The notes beneath the pieces are model-generated. The model was given only the letters and a program-made list of their open reading frames with translations. It did no database searches and was not told where the DNA came from. From a virus (taxonomy: Duplodnaviria > Caudoviricetes), in the IMG/VR virus record IMGVR_UViG_3300035136_000041, positions 1-63,198 of that record: DNA of 63,198 bases; one strand, 5' to 3'. The translations under genes were made by a program, and so were the position numbers. Below, one piece after another: positions 29,880 through 37,838 of the stretch (position 1 is the first letter of the stretch; each line of letters starts with the position of its first letter).

Positions 29880-30712
29880 CACCAATTAACCTCGTCTTCA
29901 TCAGTCGGCGTGGGCGGCTCGTCATCAGCGGGCTTTGACGGCTCTGTCTTCGGTGGTGGTCCCTTCGCTTTCTTGCCTACCTTCTGAACACCTTCTTTTG
30001 GTTCCGTCGTTGGTAAATCCAATTGTGCATCTTCGGTTTTATCAATGGGAGCCTCGGTGCTTTTGTCGCGCACGACCTTATGCAGCCCCTCGCGCAACTC
30101 GTCACCCCCCCCGTCCCAATGCGGAGTCACATTGACGATGTCACGTTCCTCTTCAACAACGCGCATACCGCGCAGTTTATCGGGAAAAGCATCGCGTAAT
30201 GCAAAAGCCCTAGCGCGCATCTGGAGCATACGCCATGGGTAATTGTTCCAAGTATTCTTTCCCCAAAGTCCAGCCGTTTTTGCATCATCTATTGTGAATG
30301 AACGTGTAACTGGCACCTTGCCACGACGCTTGGCTGTACAAGTAGCCTTGCCAGTCTTCTTGATCTCCTCGAAGTCATCCTCAATAATGTCTTCGCATTC
30401 CGGATCCGATTTGATGAGTGCCAACATCGCGTCACCCCACAGTGAGGGCCGCCCATTGATTACCGCGATGTTTTGGATCGCAGCCATCGGCGTAAGCCCC
30501 ACCTCAGCGCCCATTTGCATAGCCACGAGGATTGCACCTGGGTTGCCGACATAGTCTTTAGGGACCATTCCGCTATGGGCGATGATCTTGGCACACTCGA
30601 TAGCCTCTTGGAGATTACCCGGCCTCATCATACCAAATGAGTCCAGACCGACAGGCATCGCTTCACGTTTTTGCAGTGCCTTCTCTTCTTGTTTGGTTGG
30701 TTTGTCTGACAT
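29879..30712 (-). CDS. RecT-like single-strand annealing recombinase
   Basis: GAEVGLTPMAAIQNIAVINGRPSLWGD, AKTAGLWGK..W..YP.RMLQMRAR.FALRDAFPD. Confidence 0.88.
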   Translation of the reverse strand: MSDKPTKQEEKALQKREAMPVGLDSFGMMRPGNLQEAIECAKIIAHSGMVPKDYVGNPGAILVAMQMGAEVGLTPMAAIQNIAVINGRPSLWGDAMLALIKSDPECEDIIEDDFEEIKKTGKATCTAKRRGKVPVTRSFTIDDAKTAGLWGKNTWNNYPWRMLQMRARAFALRDAFPDKLRGMRVVEEERDIVNVTPHWDGGGDELREGLHKVVRDKSTEAPIDKTEDAQLDLPTTEPKEGVQKVGKKAKGPPPKTEPSKPADDEPPTPTDEDEVNW

Positions 30713-30721
30713 GTGTGTCTC

Positions 30722-31801
30722 CTATGATTTGCTGACCTTGATTCGTGGCTTGGTGACCTTCTCCACGGCTCCGACTTCGCAAAGCCGCTCCAGTGTTTCC
30801 CTCATGTAAGCCGCCGCTTTGCCTTTGGGAGCTCTTCCTTTCAGGACTTCCTGCAACCCTGATTTAGTAATCTTGAGAGCGATATTAACCTCATCCTTGG
30901 TGAGTTTCAACTCTTCTCTGAGGATGCGCATGGCTTTTGACGGCCTGATATAGTCTTGTTCCTGTTGGTCGATCGTAATCTCTCTACCGTCTGAGGTCAC
31001 AACCGGCCCGCTGGCGATCATGGATTTGAGGACCTTATCATAATGCCGCAATGCTCTTCCTATAACACGCGAACGATCGTATAGGTCAGCAATGACTGTT
31101 GGTGTGATTGACGACTCATCATCGATTGCCTCCAAAGCCGTGATACCTGAGCGAGTCCACTCGTCCTTGGCTCGACAATTCATCTGTCTGGGACAGTACC
31201 GGCAGGCATCATAGCTCGGACCATACCGATTGGGGTCGGCCACTTGAGCGAGTAATTCATCGCGTAGCCTGTCGAGGTCTTCGTCGCGGAACTTGTGAAT
31301 GCGAACCTCGCCTATTCGTACCCAGACTTCGGCCCCTAGGATGTAACCACGATCTGGCATACCATGCATATCGCGTAGCAAATAGGCATAGCTGCGAATC
31401 TGATTTGGATGCTCTGATGGACTCCAACCGAACTTCCAGTCGAGCACCGCATGTCCTGCTACACTGACAAGATCTGATGTTCCTCGTAGAGTGACTTCGT
31501 CAGATAAATCAGCAGCCATATGGCATTCGCACTCAGCTTTTGGATACCACTTTGAAAGCCATTCCCAAGCCTCTTTAGCGCGCCTAGCCATACCGACAAG
31601 CACGTCTGGATCAACACCGTAGATGTCAGCCGCTTGGTCTATGGTGGCCCCAAATCCGGTTATTAACCGAGGCATGCACGCATGGCCAGCAGTGCCCTCG
31701 ATTGCTTCTGGATCGTTTGGCGAATACGGCGCGTCTGTTGGGATGAGACTTCCAGCACAGTGAAGTGCACGATCTGTCGAGCTGGATCTGACCGTTGTCA
31801 T
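30722..31801 (-). CDS. PD-(D/E)XK nuclease (DUF2800/Cas4-like exonuclease)
   Basis: SS..RALHC, AIEGTAGH, LRGTSD, VLDWKFG, QIRSYA, CRYCP...C. Confidence 0.82.
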   Translation of the reverse strand: MTTVRSSSTDRALHCAGSLIPTDAPYSPNDPEAIEGTAGHACMPRLITGFGATIDQAADIYGVDPDVLVGMARRAKEAWEWLSKWYPKAECECHMAADLSDEVTLRGTSDLVSVAGHAVLDWKFGWSPSEHPNQIRSYAYLLRDMHGMPDRGYILGAEVWVRIGEVRIHKFRDEDLDRLRDELLAQVADPNRYGPSYDACRYCPRQMNCRAKDEWTRSGITALEAIDDESSITPTVIADLYDRSRVIGRALRHYDKVLKSMIASGPVVTSDGREITIDQQEQDYIRPSKAMRILREELKLTKDEVNIALKITKSGLQEVLKGRAPKGKAAAYMRETLERLCEVGAVEKVTKPRIKVSKS

Positions 31802-32817
31802 GACGCGTCACCTTTCTTGCTCAGCGCTCTCCACGCTTTCCAAAGCCTACGGATCGCTTCCTTTTCCATACGTCGCTTTGCTCTGTTATGTGCATGTGCC
31901 TTCGTCATCTTTTCATTTCTCTCAAGCTCGTAAGCTTTCCGCGCATCATATATACGTCGGAATTCACCAGCATCTTCGCCCTTCCCCTGACCCTTTATCA
32001 GGCAATCACCAAGCGTCCACACAGCCGACCTCCTGGTTGGAGAGTACCCCATTTCAATCGCCAGCTCTTTATCCAATGTTTTGCACTGCCGCTTCCCCTT
32101 AATGACTGCCAATCCGAGTCGCTTCCAGACTTTAGCAGGATTCGCATACAGAGACAAGTCTCCTGTCTCACCAATGATGCATGCCAAATTTGTGTGCCCG
32201 AACCCTTTCACGGTGTCGACCCACGAGCAGACGGGGAGCTTGGCGGCAAGTTTTGTCATGTCGGCACGCAATCGTTTCTCGGAGCGGTTGATTGTATCGC
32301 GAGCTTGGAACATTGGCTTGCACCAGAGATAGGCCTTGGCAGCAACGGCGTGATGGTTAACACTGTTCTCATGGCCGCCAAGGCCTTCCTGGTTGGCGGC
32401 AACCGCGGAATGGTTAACATTGAGCTCCTGGCCGCCAGGATCCTTATGGATCGCACAGAGCTCTCTATACAGATCGTCTGCGCGTTTCAATCCGGCTTTG
32501 TCATTCTTGCCTTTGACATCGACAAATCGCCGACAAACGGCTTTGACGCGATTGGTAAGTGCGACCTGTATTCTTACGAGATCATTGCGTTGAGCCTTTA
32601 GCTCGCGCAACGTTTCACAGATAGATCCGAGCCCGTCGGCAACTACGGAATGGGCAACACTGCTCGTATGACCAACGGGCTCGGAAAGGTTTTCTGGTTG
32701 AGACATGGCTCGGCTGGTTTGCACTTCCTCAACGGTCTCGCCAGAATCTAGATTGTTTTGAGCAGACATGCTCTGCATGGTGTTCACCGTGTGCTTGGTC
32801 TTACTCAAAGCTTTCAT
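31798..32817 (-). CDS. Nop-domain/IS110-related RNA-binding protein without nuclease domain (TasA-like)
   Basis: AGGAG before ATG; coiled coil LRELKAQRNDLVR..LTNR; WVDTVKGFGHTNLACIIGETGDL..YANPAKVWKRLGL; YDARKAYE...KAHAHNRAKRRMEK; no DEDD RuvC, no catalytic Ser motif; adjacent and embedded guide-like array. Confidence 0.82.
   Translation of the reverse strand: MKALSKTKHTVNTMQSMSAQNNLDSGETVEEVQTSRAMSQPENLSEPVGHTSSVAHSVVADGLGSICETLRELKAQRNDLVRIQVALTNRVKAVCRRFVDVKGKNDKAGLKRADDLYRELCAIHKDPGGQELNVNHSAVAANQEGLGGHENSVNHHAVAAKAYLWCKPMFQARDTINRSEKRLRADMTKLAAKLPVCSWVDTVKGFGHTNLACIIGETGDLSLYANPAKVWKRLGLAVIKGKRQCKTLDKELAIEMGYSPTRRSAVWTLGDCLIKGQGKGEDAGEFRRIYDARKAYELERNEKMTKAHAHNRAKRRMEKEAIRRLWKAWRALSKKGDAS
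32331..32810 (-). ncRNA. TIGR-like stem-loop guide units embedded in the Tas CDS (5 units: 32331-32386, 32387-32440, 32626-32685, 32692-32746, 32756-32810)
   Basis: Each is stem + CCA/TCA/CCG + 9 nt + TGNNNNCCA + 9 nt + TG + complementary stem on the minus strand. Confidence 0.8.
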
Positions 32818-32837
32818 CTTTTTCTCCTAGGCTGAGG

Positions 32838-33135
32838 TTCTAGTGAGACATCATTGACATGGGTAACATTGATCTATAGGTCTCACCAGAAGCCCATTCA
32901 TCATACCACGAAGTTTTGGTGATTGCAATCTCCTAATGGGCATCACGTCAAGTTTGGCAATCACCAATTCATCAACCACCTGGTTCAACAACAGAACATC
33001 GGCGGGCATCACGACTGTGTTGGTCGTCGAGCCAGGCGGCAATCCTTCCTTGGTTTACACTGCCTTACTGACCGCCTAGCTCGACTGACTAATGCACCGC
33101 TACTGTGGGTTACATTCCCCGAGTGGCATTAGTCA
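32838..33135 (-). ncRNA. TIGR-like stem-loop array upstream of Tas (5 units: 32838-32891, 32916-32967, 32979-33036, 33026-33085, 33086-33135)
   Basis: Same 32-nt core; loops TGTTACCCA, TGATGCCCA, TGATGCCCG, TGTAAACCA, TGTAACCCA; 9-14 bp closing stems with G-U pairs favouring the minus strand. Confidence 0.85.
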
Positions 33136-33632
33136 CATCTTGCCTCTTTCTTAAGGCGTTTTAAATCACCCTCCGTGAATACTGCACCAACTACTTTATT
33201 GTCCGGCATCTTATCTGCAATCAACGTGAGCCACTTCGCTCGTCGTCTTTTGCTGTCTGCAATACGGTTGTATAATGCAGCCGTAGCTACAACGTCACCC
33301 TTCATTGCGTGACCTAGTGGCAATCCATCGAGCAATCGAAAACCCATCAGCGAGTCAGCGGCGAATCGAAGTCGCGCCCCACATTGATCTTGTGCAGGTT
33401 CCGATTGGCGAACAGGTTTAGATGATTTCCCAGTTGGGGGGGTGGCAAAGTTCTCGATAGCCAGCTGGCATGCCTGCCTAAGGAACGGCTCGGTCAACAT
33501 CCGCCAGAGCAATTTGTCTTTGCGAGCTTCACTCTCGAGCCGATCAACGGCGTCTTGTTTAGTCTTGGTCCTCTTGATCGCAGTCGATATGTAACGCCGC
33601 AGATAGACTTCGTTCGCATCGTCTGTCGCCAT
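33129..33632 (-). CDS. Hypothetical protein heading the TIGR-Tas operon
   Basis: AGGAG before ATG 33632; its stop codon lies in the stem of the first guide unit. Confidence 0.7.
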   Translation of the reverse strand: MATDDANEVYLRRYISTAIKRTKTKQDAVDRLESEARKDKLLWRMLTEPFLRQACQLAIENFATPPTGKSSKPVRQSEPAQDQCGARLRFAADSLMGFRLLDGLPLGHAMKGDVVATAALYNRIADSKRRRAKWLTLIADKMPDNKVVGAVFTEGDLKRLKKEARCD

Positions 33633-33781
33633 GATCGCTCCTGAGCTGTAAAACTGCATGACTGGTGATCGCCGCTAGTAGCACCCAAGATCACCAGTCA
33701 GGCAGACCTACTGCCATTGGAATACGATGTACACTACAACTCCATTTTGGCTCCTCTCGTCTTTTTAAGTTTGTTTCATGC

Positions 33782-33810
33782 ACTGTGACCTACCGCTCGC
33801 GAGATGTCAA
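33782..33810 (-). promoter_or_regulatory. Leftward promoter for the TIGR/recombination operon
   Basis: TTGACA-N17-CACAGT on the minus strand. Confidence 0.5.
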
Positions 33811-33904
33811 GCACAAAATCTCTGTGTGAGGATTTCGTCTCGTAACATTTATATAGACGCTCACACTAGGCCGATCTACGCTCGCATCTTTTTTTTCAGG
33901 ACGC

Positions 33905-33934
33905 TTGACAAGCAGATTCGCATGTGTCTAAATA
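33905..33934 (+). promoter_or_regulatory. Rightward promoter for the XRE/ParB/helicase operon
   Basis: TTGACA-N18-TAAATA. Confidence 0.5.
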
Positions 33935-33953
33935 TCGTCGACAGGAGGATGTT

Positions 33954-34178
33954 ATGAGTCTCGAAGATATGGGCGAGACAGTTAGGGTTGTCCGAATTAT
34001 GAAGGACATCTCAATCAGGGAAATAGCTCGCCGAGCAGAAACAAATCCCAACACAATCCTTAATCTCGAGAGCACCGGAGCAGTGACACTCAAGACGCTG
34101 CTCAAGGTGGCGAAGGCTCTGAAAATTAAGGCAAGCGACCTCACTCGCATCGCGGAGAAAAATCATGGAAAAGCGTAA
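33954..34178 (+). CDS. XRE-family HTH regulator
   Basis: ISIREIARRAETNPNTILNLES...TLKTLLKVAKAL; AGGAGG before ATG. Confidence 0.88.
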   Translation: MSLEDMGETVRVVRIMKDISIREIARRAETNPNTILNLESTGAVTLKTLLKVAKALKIKASDLTRIAEKNHGKA

Positions 34179-35145
34179 GACGGCAATTGTCAACCCGAAG
34201 GATCTTATTCCTCCAAAGGGGCATGTGCTCAATGCTGATGTTGTAGATTCGATTGCCGAGTCGATCAGCAAGGTTGGACTTCTACAACCGATTGCCATAG
34301 TTGGACGTCACATCAAGTATGGTGTCCATCGTTGGGCTGCGGTGATGAAGCTCGGATACGAGGAGATAGAAGTGATTCGGGACAGAAAAGTTGAGACTGA
34401 CGACGAGCACGATGCGCAAGTTATCGTCGAGAATCTCTGTCGGCATCACTACAAGGGTCAAAAACTGGATGACATGCGCAAGCGGCTCGTAGATCTCTGG
34501 GAGCCTCAAATCGCCCAGGAGATGAAGATTTCGCAAAAAGACACAAATATTGCCAAACCACAAGATGATACCGGTGATGGGCAAAAACGATCGCCAGGGA
34601 GAAAAAAGACAGCCCGCGGCAAAGCCATCAAACAAGTAGCAAAACAAACTGGCACCACCGAGGGTGCCGTCAAAGAATCAGTGAGACGGGCAAAGGCCGC
34701 CGAAGCCGGCGTCACCCCCAAGCAGCCAGACGATCCACCACCGTTAGATGAGCCGGAGGTCACCGTCGACGACTACGGCACCGAGATCCCCGAGGGCGAG
34801 GTCGGCAGGTGGAACGAAGCTCGACAGCTGCTCGACGAGCTCGACAGCATCATGCGTGGAGTACAAATCAAGCTCGGCGAACTCGTCAAGATCAAGGGGA
34901 TGCCCTACTCGGTGGTGAGCGATCTCGACAAGCGTGCACAGCAATTCGCTGAGCTCGCTCAGAAGTACCATCCGGTGGCTCTATGCCTCGAGTGCAGCGG
35001 TACGGGCAAGAACCCAAACAACACCAACGGGTGCACTCATTGTGTGGGAGTCGGCTTCATCGCTGAGGTTAACTACAAAGCTCAGACGAAGCCAGCCACC
35101 GTCGAGGAGGAACCAACCTTCACCGAAGACGACCTGGACTGGTAG
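34165..35145 (+). CDS. ParB/Srx-like protein with C-terminal Zn finger
   Basis: IAESISKVGLLQPI...GVHRWAA...VENLCR; CLECSGTG...CTHCVGVG. Confidence 0.8.
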   Translation: MEKRKTAIVNPKDLIPPKGHVLNADVVDSIAESISKVGLLQPIAIVGRHIKYGVHRWAAVMKLGYEEIEVIRDRKVETDDEHDAQVIVENLCRHHYKGQKLDDMRKRLVDLWEPQIAQEMKISQKDTNIAKPQDDTGDGQKRSPGRKKTARGKAIKQVAKQTGTTEGAVKESVRRAKAAEAGVTPKQPDDPPPLDEPEVTVDDYGTEIPEGEVGRWNEARQLLDELDSIMRGVQIKLGELVKIKGMPYSVVSDLDKRAQQFAELAQKYHPVALCLECSGTGKNPNNTNGCTHCVGVGFIAEVNYKAQTKPATVEEEPTFTEDDLDW

Positions 35146-35147
35146 CT

Positions 35148-36860
35148 ATGTCCTCGCAAGCCGATCTATTCAATATAGCTGCTAGTGAGCCAGAGCAGCT
35201 ACCTGAGCCTGAGGTTTTTCAGCCAGCTCAGCAACTACGCGACTACCAAATCGAGGCGGTCGAAGCTGTCGAGAGAGAGCTGCAAGAGAATCGGGGGACG
35301 CTTGTCCTCTGCGCCACCGGATTAGGCAAGACGAGCTGTGCGGCAGAACTCATCCGCCGATCGAAAGGGCGTTGCCTATTTGTTGCCCACCGTGATGAGC
35401 TCATTCAGCAGGCTGCTACTCGTATCGAGCAATTTACCGGCGAGTGGCCGGATATCGAACAGGCGCAGGCGAAGGCTGATGCTCGTGGCGGCAAGCATGT
35501 TGTCGCATCTGTCCAGACTCTGAGCCGGAAGAAACGACTTGAGCGGTGGGATCCGAGCGAGTTCGGGCTGATAATCGTCGATGAATGTCACCACGCCACA
35601 GCGAAAACCTATCGGCGCATCATCGATTACTTCGATGGGAAGGTGGTCGGCCTTACTGCTACCGGAGATCGAGCCGATAGAGTGTCTCTCGGTCAAGTGA
35701 TGGACTCGGTCGCGTATCGATACGAGATCAACGATGCGATTCGAGACGGGTGGCTGTGCGAAATCGTGATGAAGACGATCCGTGTTGGGTCCCTCGATTT
35801 CTCGAAGCTCCATACGGTAGCTGGCGATTTCAATCAAGGGGAGCTTGAGCAGCTCATGCAGCTCGAGCAAAATCTGCATGCGGTGGCCAAGCCCACCGTC
35901 GAGTGTTCTGGTGATCGCAAGACTGTTGTTTTTACGACTTCAGTGGCTCATGCGGAGCGGCTGGCTGAAATTATCGATAGGTATGCTGGCGATGGCTCCG
36001 CGAAAGTAATCCATGGTAGCACCCCAAAAGAACTTCGGAGATCAATCCTACGAGAATTCGATAGGGGCGATTTCCAATACCTGACTAATGTCGGCGTGCT
36101 TCTCGAGGGTTGGGATTCACCAGGCGTGTCATGTGTCAGCATGGCTCGCCCAACAAAGAGTCGAGCCCTGTTCGCTCAGGCTATAGGACGTGGGACTAGA
36201 GGCGGAACTCTCTGCCCTGTCGAAGGTAAAGACGATGGATTACTCGTCCTAGACTTCGTCGGCAACTCCGGCAAACACGAGCTCGTCTGCACAGCCGACA
36301 TCCTCGGCGGCAACGTCTCCCCCGAAGAGCTCGAGATAGCCAAGAAACTGATCGAGAAGTCCGACAAACCGAAGTCAATCGACGAGGCTGTCGAAGAAGC
36401 CAAGGCTAAGATTGCACACGACTTGAGCGAAGCCGCAAAGCGCCGGCGCTCCAATATCGTCGGGGAAGTCGAATACGACGTCAAGGACTTCAATCCATTC
36501 ACCATGTTCAGGGTCAGGCGCGACTACCTCACCGAGAGACACGGCATAGCGCCGGCTACTGAAAAGCAGATGCAAGCAATCACCAAGTGGATGGGAAAGC
36601 ACGGCAAGCACGCCCCAGCGAATCTCTCGAAGAGCGAAGCCTCAAAGCTACTCGCCGAGTTCGCTAGCCGTAGAGAGAAAGGCCTAGCCACCTACGGCCA
36701 AGTGAAATTCCTCGCGACGAAGAAGCTCGATGCGCGTGGTTGGAGCTTCCATCAGGCCAGCCAATTGATCACGTGGATTTCTTCACATGGATGGATTAAT
36801 CCTCCGCCGAGCGTGGTAGCATCAATCACCAGGGGGCGAGAGCCAGGAGAAGACGGATGA
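35148..36860 (+). CDS. Superfamily II DNA helicase
   Basis: LRDYQ, ATGLGKT, VDECHH, GLTAT, LLEGWD, QAIGRG. Confidence 0.93.
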   Translation: MSSQADLFNIAASEPEQLPEPEVFQPAQQLRDYQIEAVEAVERELQENRGTLVLCATGLGKTSCAAELIRRSKGRCLFVAHRDELIQQAATRIEQFTGEWPDIEQAQAKADARGGKHVVASVQTLSRKKRLERWDPSEFGLIIVDECHHATAKTYRRIIDYFDGKVVGLTATGDRADRVSLGQVMDSVAYRYEINDAIRDGWLCEIVMKTIRVGSLDFSKLHTVAGDFNQGELEQLMQLEQNLHAVAKPTVECSGDRKTVVFTTSVAHAERLAEIIDRYAGDGSAKVIHGSTPKELRRSILREFDRGDFQYLTNVGVLLEGWDSPGVSCVSMARPTKSRALFAQAIGRGTRGGTLCPVEGKDDGLLVLDFVGNSGKHELVCTADILGGNVSPEELEIAKKLIEKSDKPKSIDEAVEEAKAKIAHDLSEAAKRRRSNIVGEVEYDVKDFNPFTMFRVRRDYLTERHGIAPATEKQMQAITKWMGKHGKHAPANLSKSEASKLLAEFASRREKGLATYGQVKFLATKKLDARGWSFHQASQLITWISSHGWINPPPSVVASITRGREPGEDG

Positions 36861-37020
36861 AGCACAAACGCTGTTGTATCTGCGGATTGTTTCTCCCACC
36901 ACAAGCTCTCGTGAAAGTAGAGAACGTCAAAAACGCTCCGCATTATCTGCATGGAGAATATGTCTGTCGCAGCGAAAGGAAATGCGACGAGCGGCGAGAA
37001 AAGGATCAGAGGGAAGAATC

Positions 37021-37278
37021 ATGACGAAGTACAAAGCCGTCCGACAATTGACTCCAGCCGACAAAGTAGTTGTGCATCTGGTCTACAGGATCTCAACGGA
37101 TGCCGATGTGAGGTGGGCGATCGGATACGGAACAGAAGCTTTCCGTTTACTCTGTGTCGCCTATGCTGATTTGGTTGGGATGGATGCTCAGCTCGTCGAG
37201 AGCGATCTGAAACGCATGCAGGCAGATGGGCTATCGGCTGTGGAGAAACTGGAAAGGGTGAAACAATGTCTGCGATAA
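37021..37278 (+). CDS. Hypothetical protein
   Basis: ORF in operon context. Confidence 0.5.
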   Translation: MTKYKAVRQLTPADKVVVHLVYRISTDADVRWAIGYGTEAFRLLCVAYADLVGMDAQLVESDLKRMQADGLSAVEKLERVKQCLR

Positions 37279-37472
37279 ACTGTCGTGGCTGTGTGCACTA
37301 CAAGCTTAGCGGATCGCAATGGCCATGCTCCGAGTGTACCAGACTAGAGAATGGCAGGATCGACCACTATGTGTTGCCAGGCGAGAAGCAAAAGCCGCAA
37401 TACAGAACGTACAACGCCAAACTACGACTCGTCAACAAAGATGGTCACTACGAGACTGAGGAGGTGAAGTGA
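37266..37472 (+). CDS. Small Cys-rich protein
   Basis: CRGC...PCSEC. Confidence 0.5.
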   Translation: MSAINCRGCVHYKLSGSQWPCSECTRLENGRIDHYVLPGEKQKPQYRTYNAKLRLVNKDGHYETEEVK

Positions 37473-37684
37473 TGTACAAGCTATGCGATGGTGACTTTAT
37501 TGAAACAACATTCGGAGATCTACCAATCGGAGCAAAGTTCCTCGGTATTGCTTCGCATGATCTTTACACAAAGCTCACCAATAGTGAGGCAAGAATCGAT
37601 GAAGGTGTTGGCCTAGGACGAATAGTCCCGCGCTTTCCAAACAACAGAGTACTCGTCAAAGTTGTGTACGAGGAAGATGAGTGA
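37469..37684 (+). CDS. Hypothetical protein
   Basis: GAGG before start; overlaps the previous stop. Confidence 0.5.
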   Translation: MMYKLCDGDFIETTFGDLPIGAKFLGIASHDLYTKLTNSEARIDEGVGLGRIVPRFPNNRVLVKVVYEEDE

Positions 37685-37714
37685 TGTCCTACTGCGAGAA
37701 GGCAAAGAAAAAGC

Positions 37715-37743
37715 TTGACTCAACTGCTCCGCGGTAGTACAAC
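37715..37743 (+). promoter_or_regulatory. sigma70-type promoter followed by a hairpin
   Basis: TTGACT-N17-TACAAC; GCGAGCCCG...CGGGCTCGC downstream. Confidence 0.55.
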
Positions 37744-37838
37744 ACCCTCGCGAGCCCGAAAGTTATCGCCGCTCCCAGTGCTCGCACCCGGGCTCGCAAC
37801 CTCGCGACGCTGGGAGTCGGCGCCCTCTGAGGTAGATC

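Noticed and set aside
31798-32817. IS110/IS116 transposase or insertion sequence
   Set aside because: No DEDD RuvC domain, no catalytic Ser motif and no element ends; it sits in an operon with a guide-like array
32851-33132. Short ORFs 32851..33042(-) and 32923..33132(+)
   Set aside because: No ribosome-binding site or recognisable motif; better explained as the RNA array
32331-33135. CRISPR array or series of terminators
   Set aside because: No long identical repeats, no cas operon and no U-tracts; the fixed 9-9-9 internal spacing fits TIGR-type units
33394-33426. Possible eleventh guide unit inside the upstream gene (loop TGTTCGCCA)
   Set aside because: Second spacer is 8 nt and there is no convincing closing stem
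37727-37735. 8/9 match to spacer TTCCGCGGT in a promoter; also TCATTGACA at 44009 and TGGCTCGGC at 40353
   Set aside because: The partner spacer does not match next to it, and single 9-mer hits are expected by chance in 63 kb
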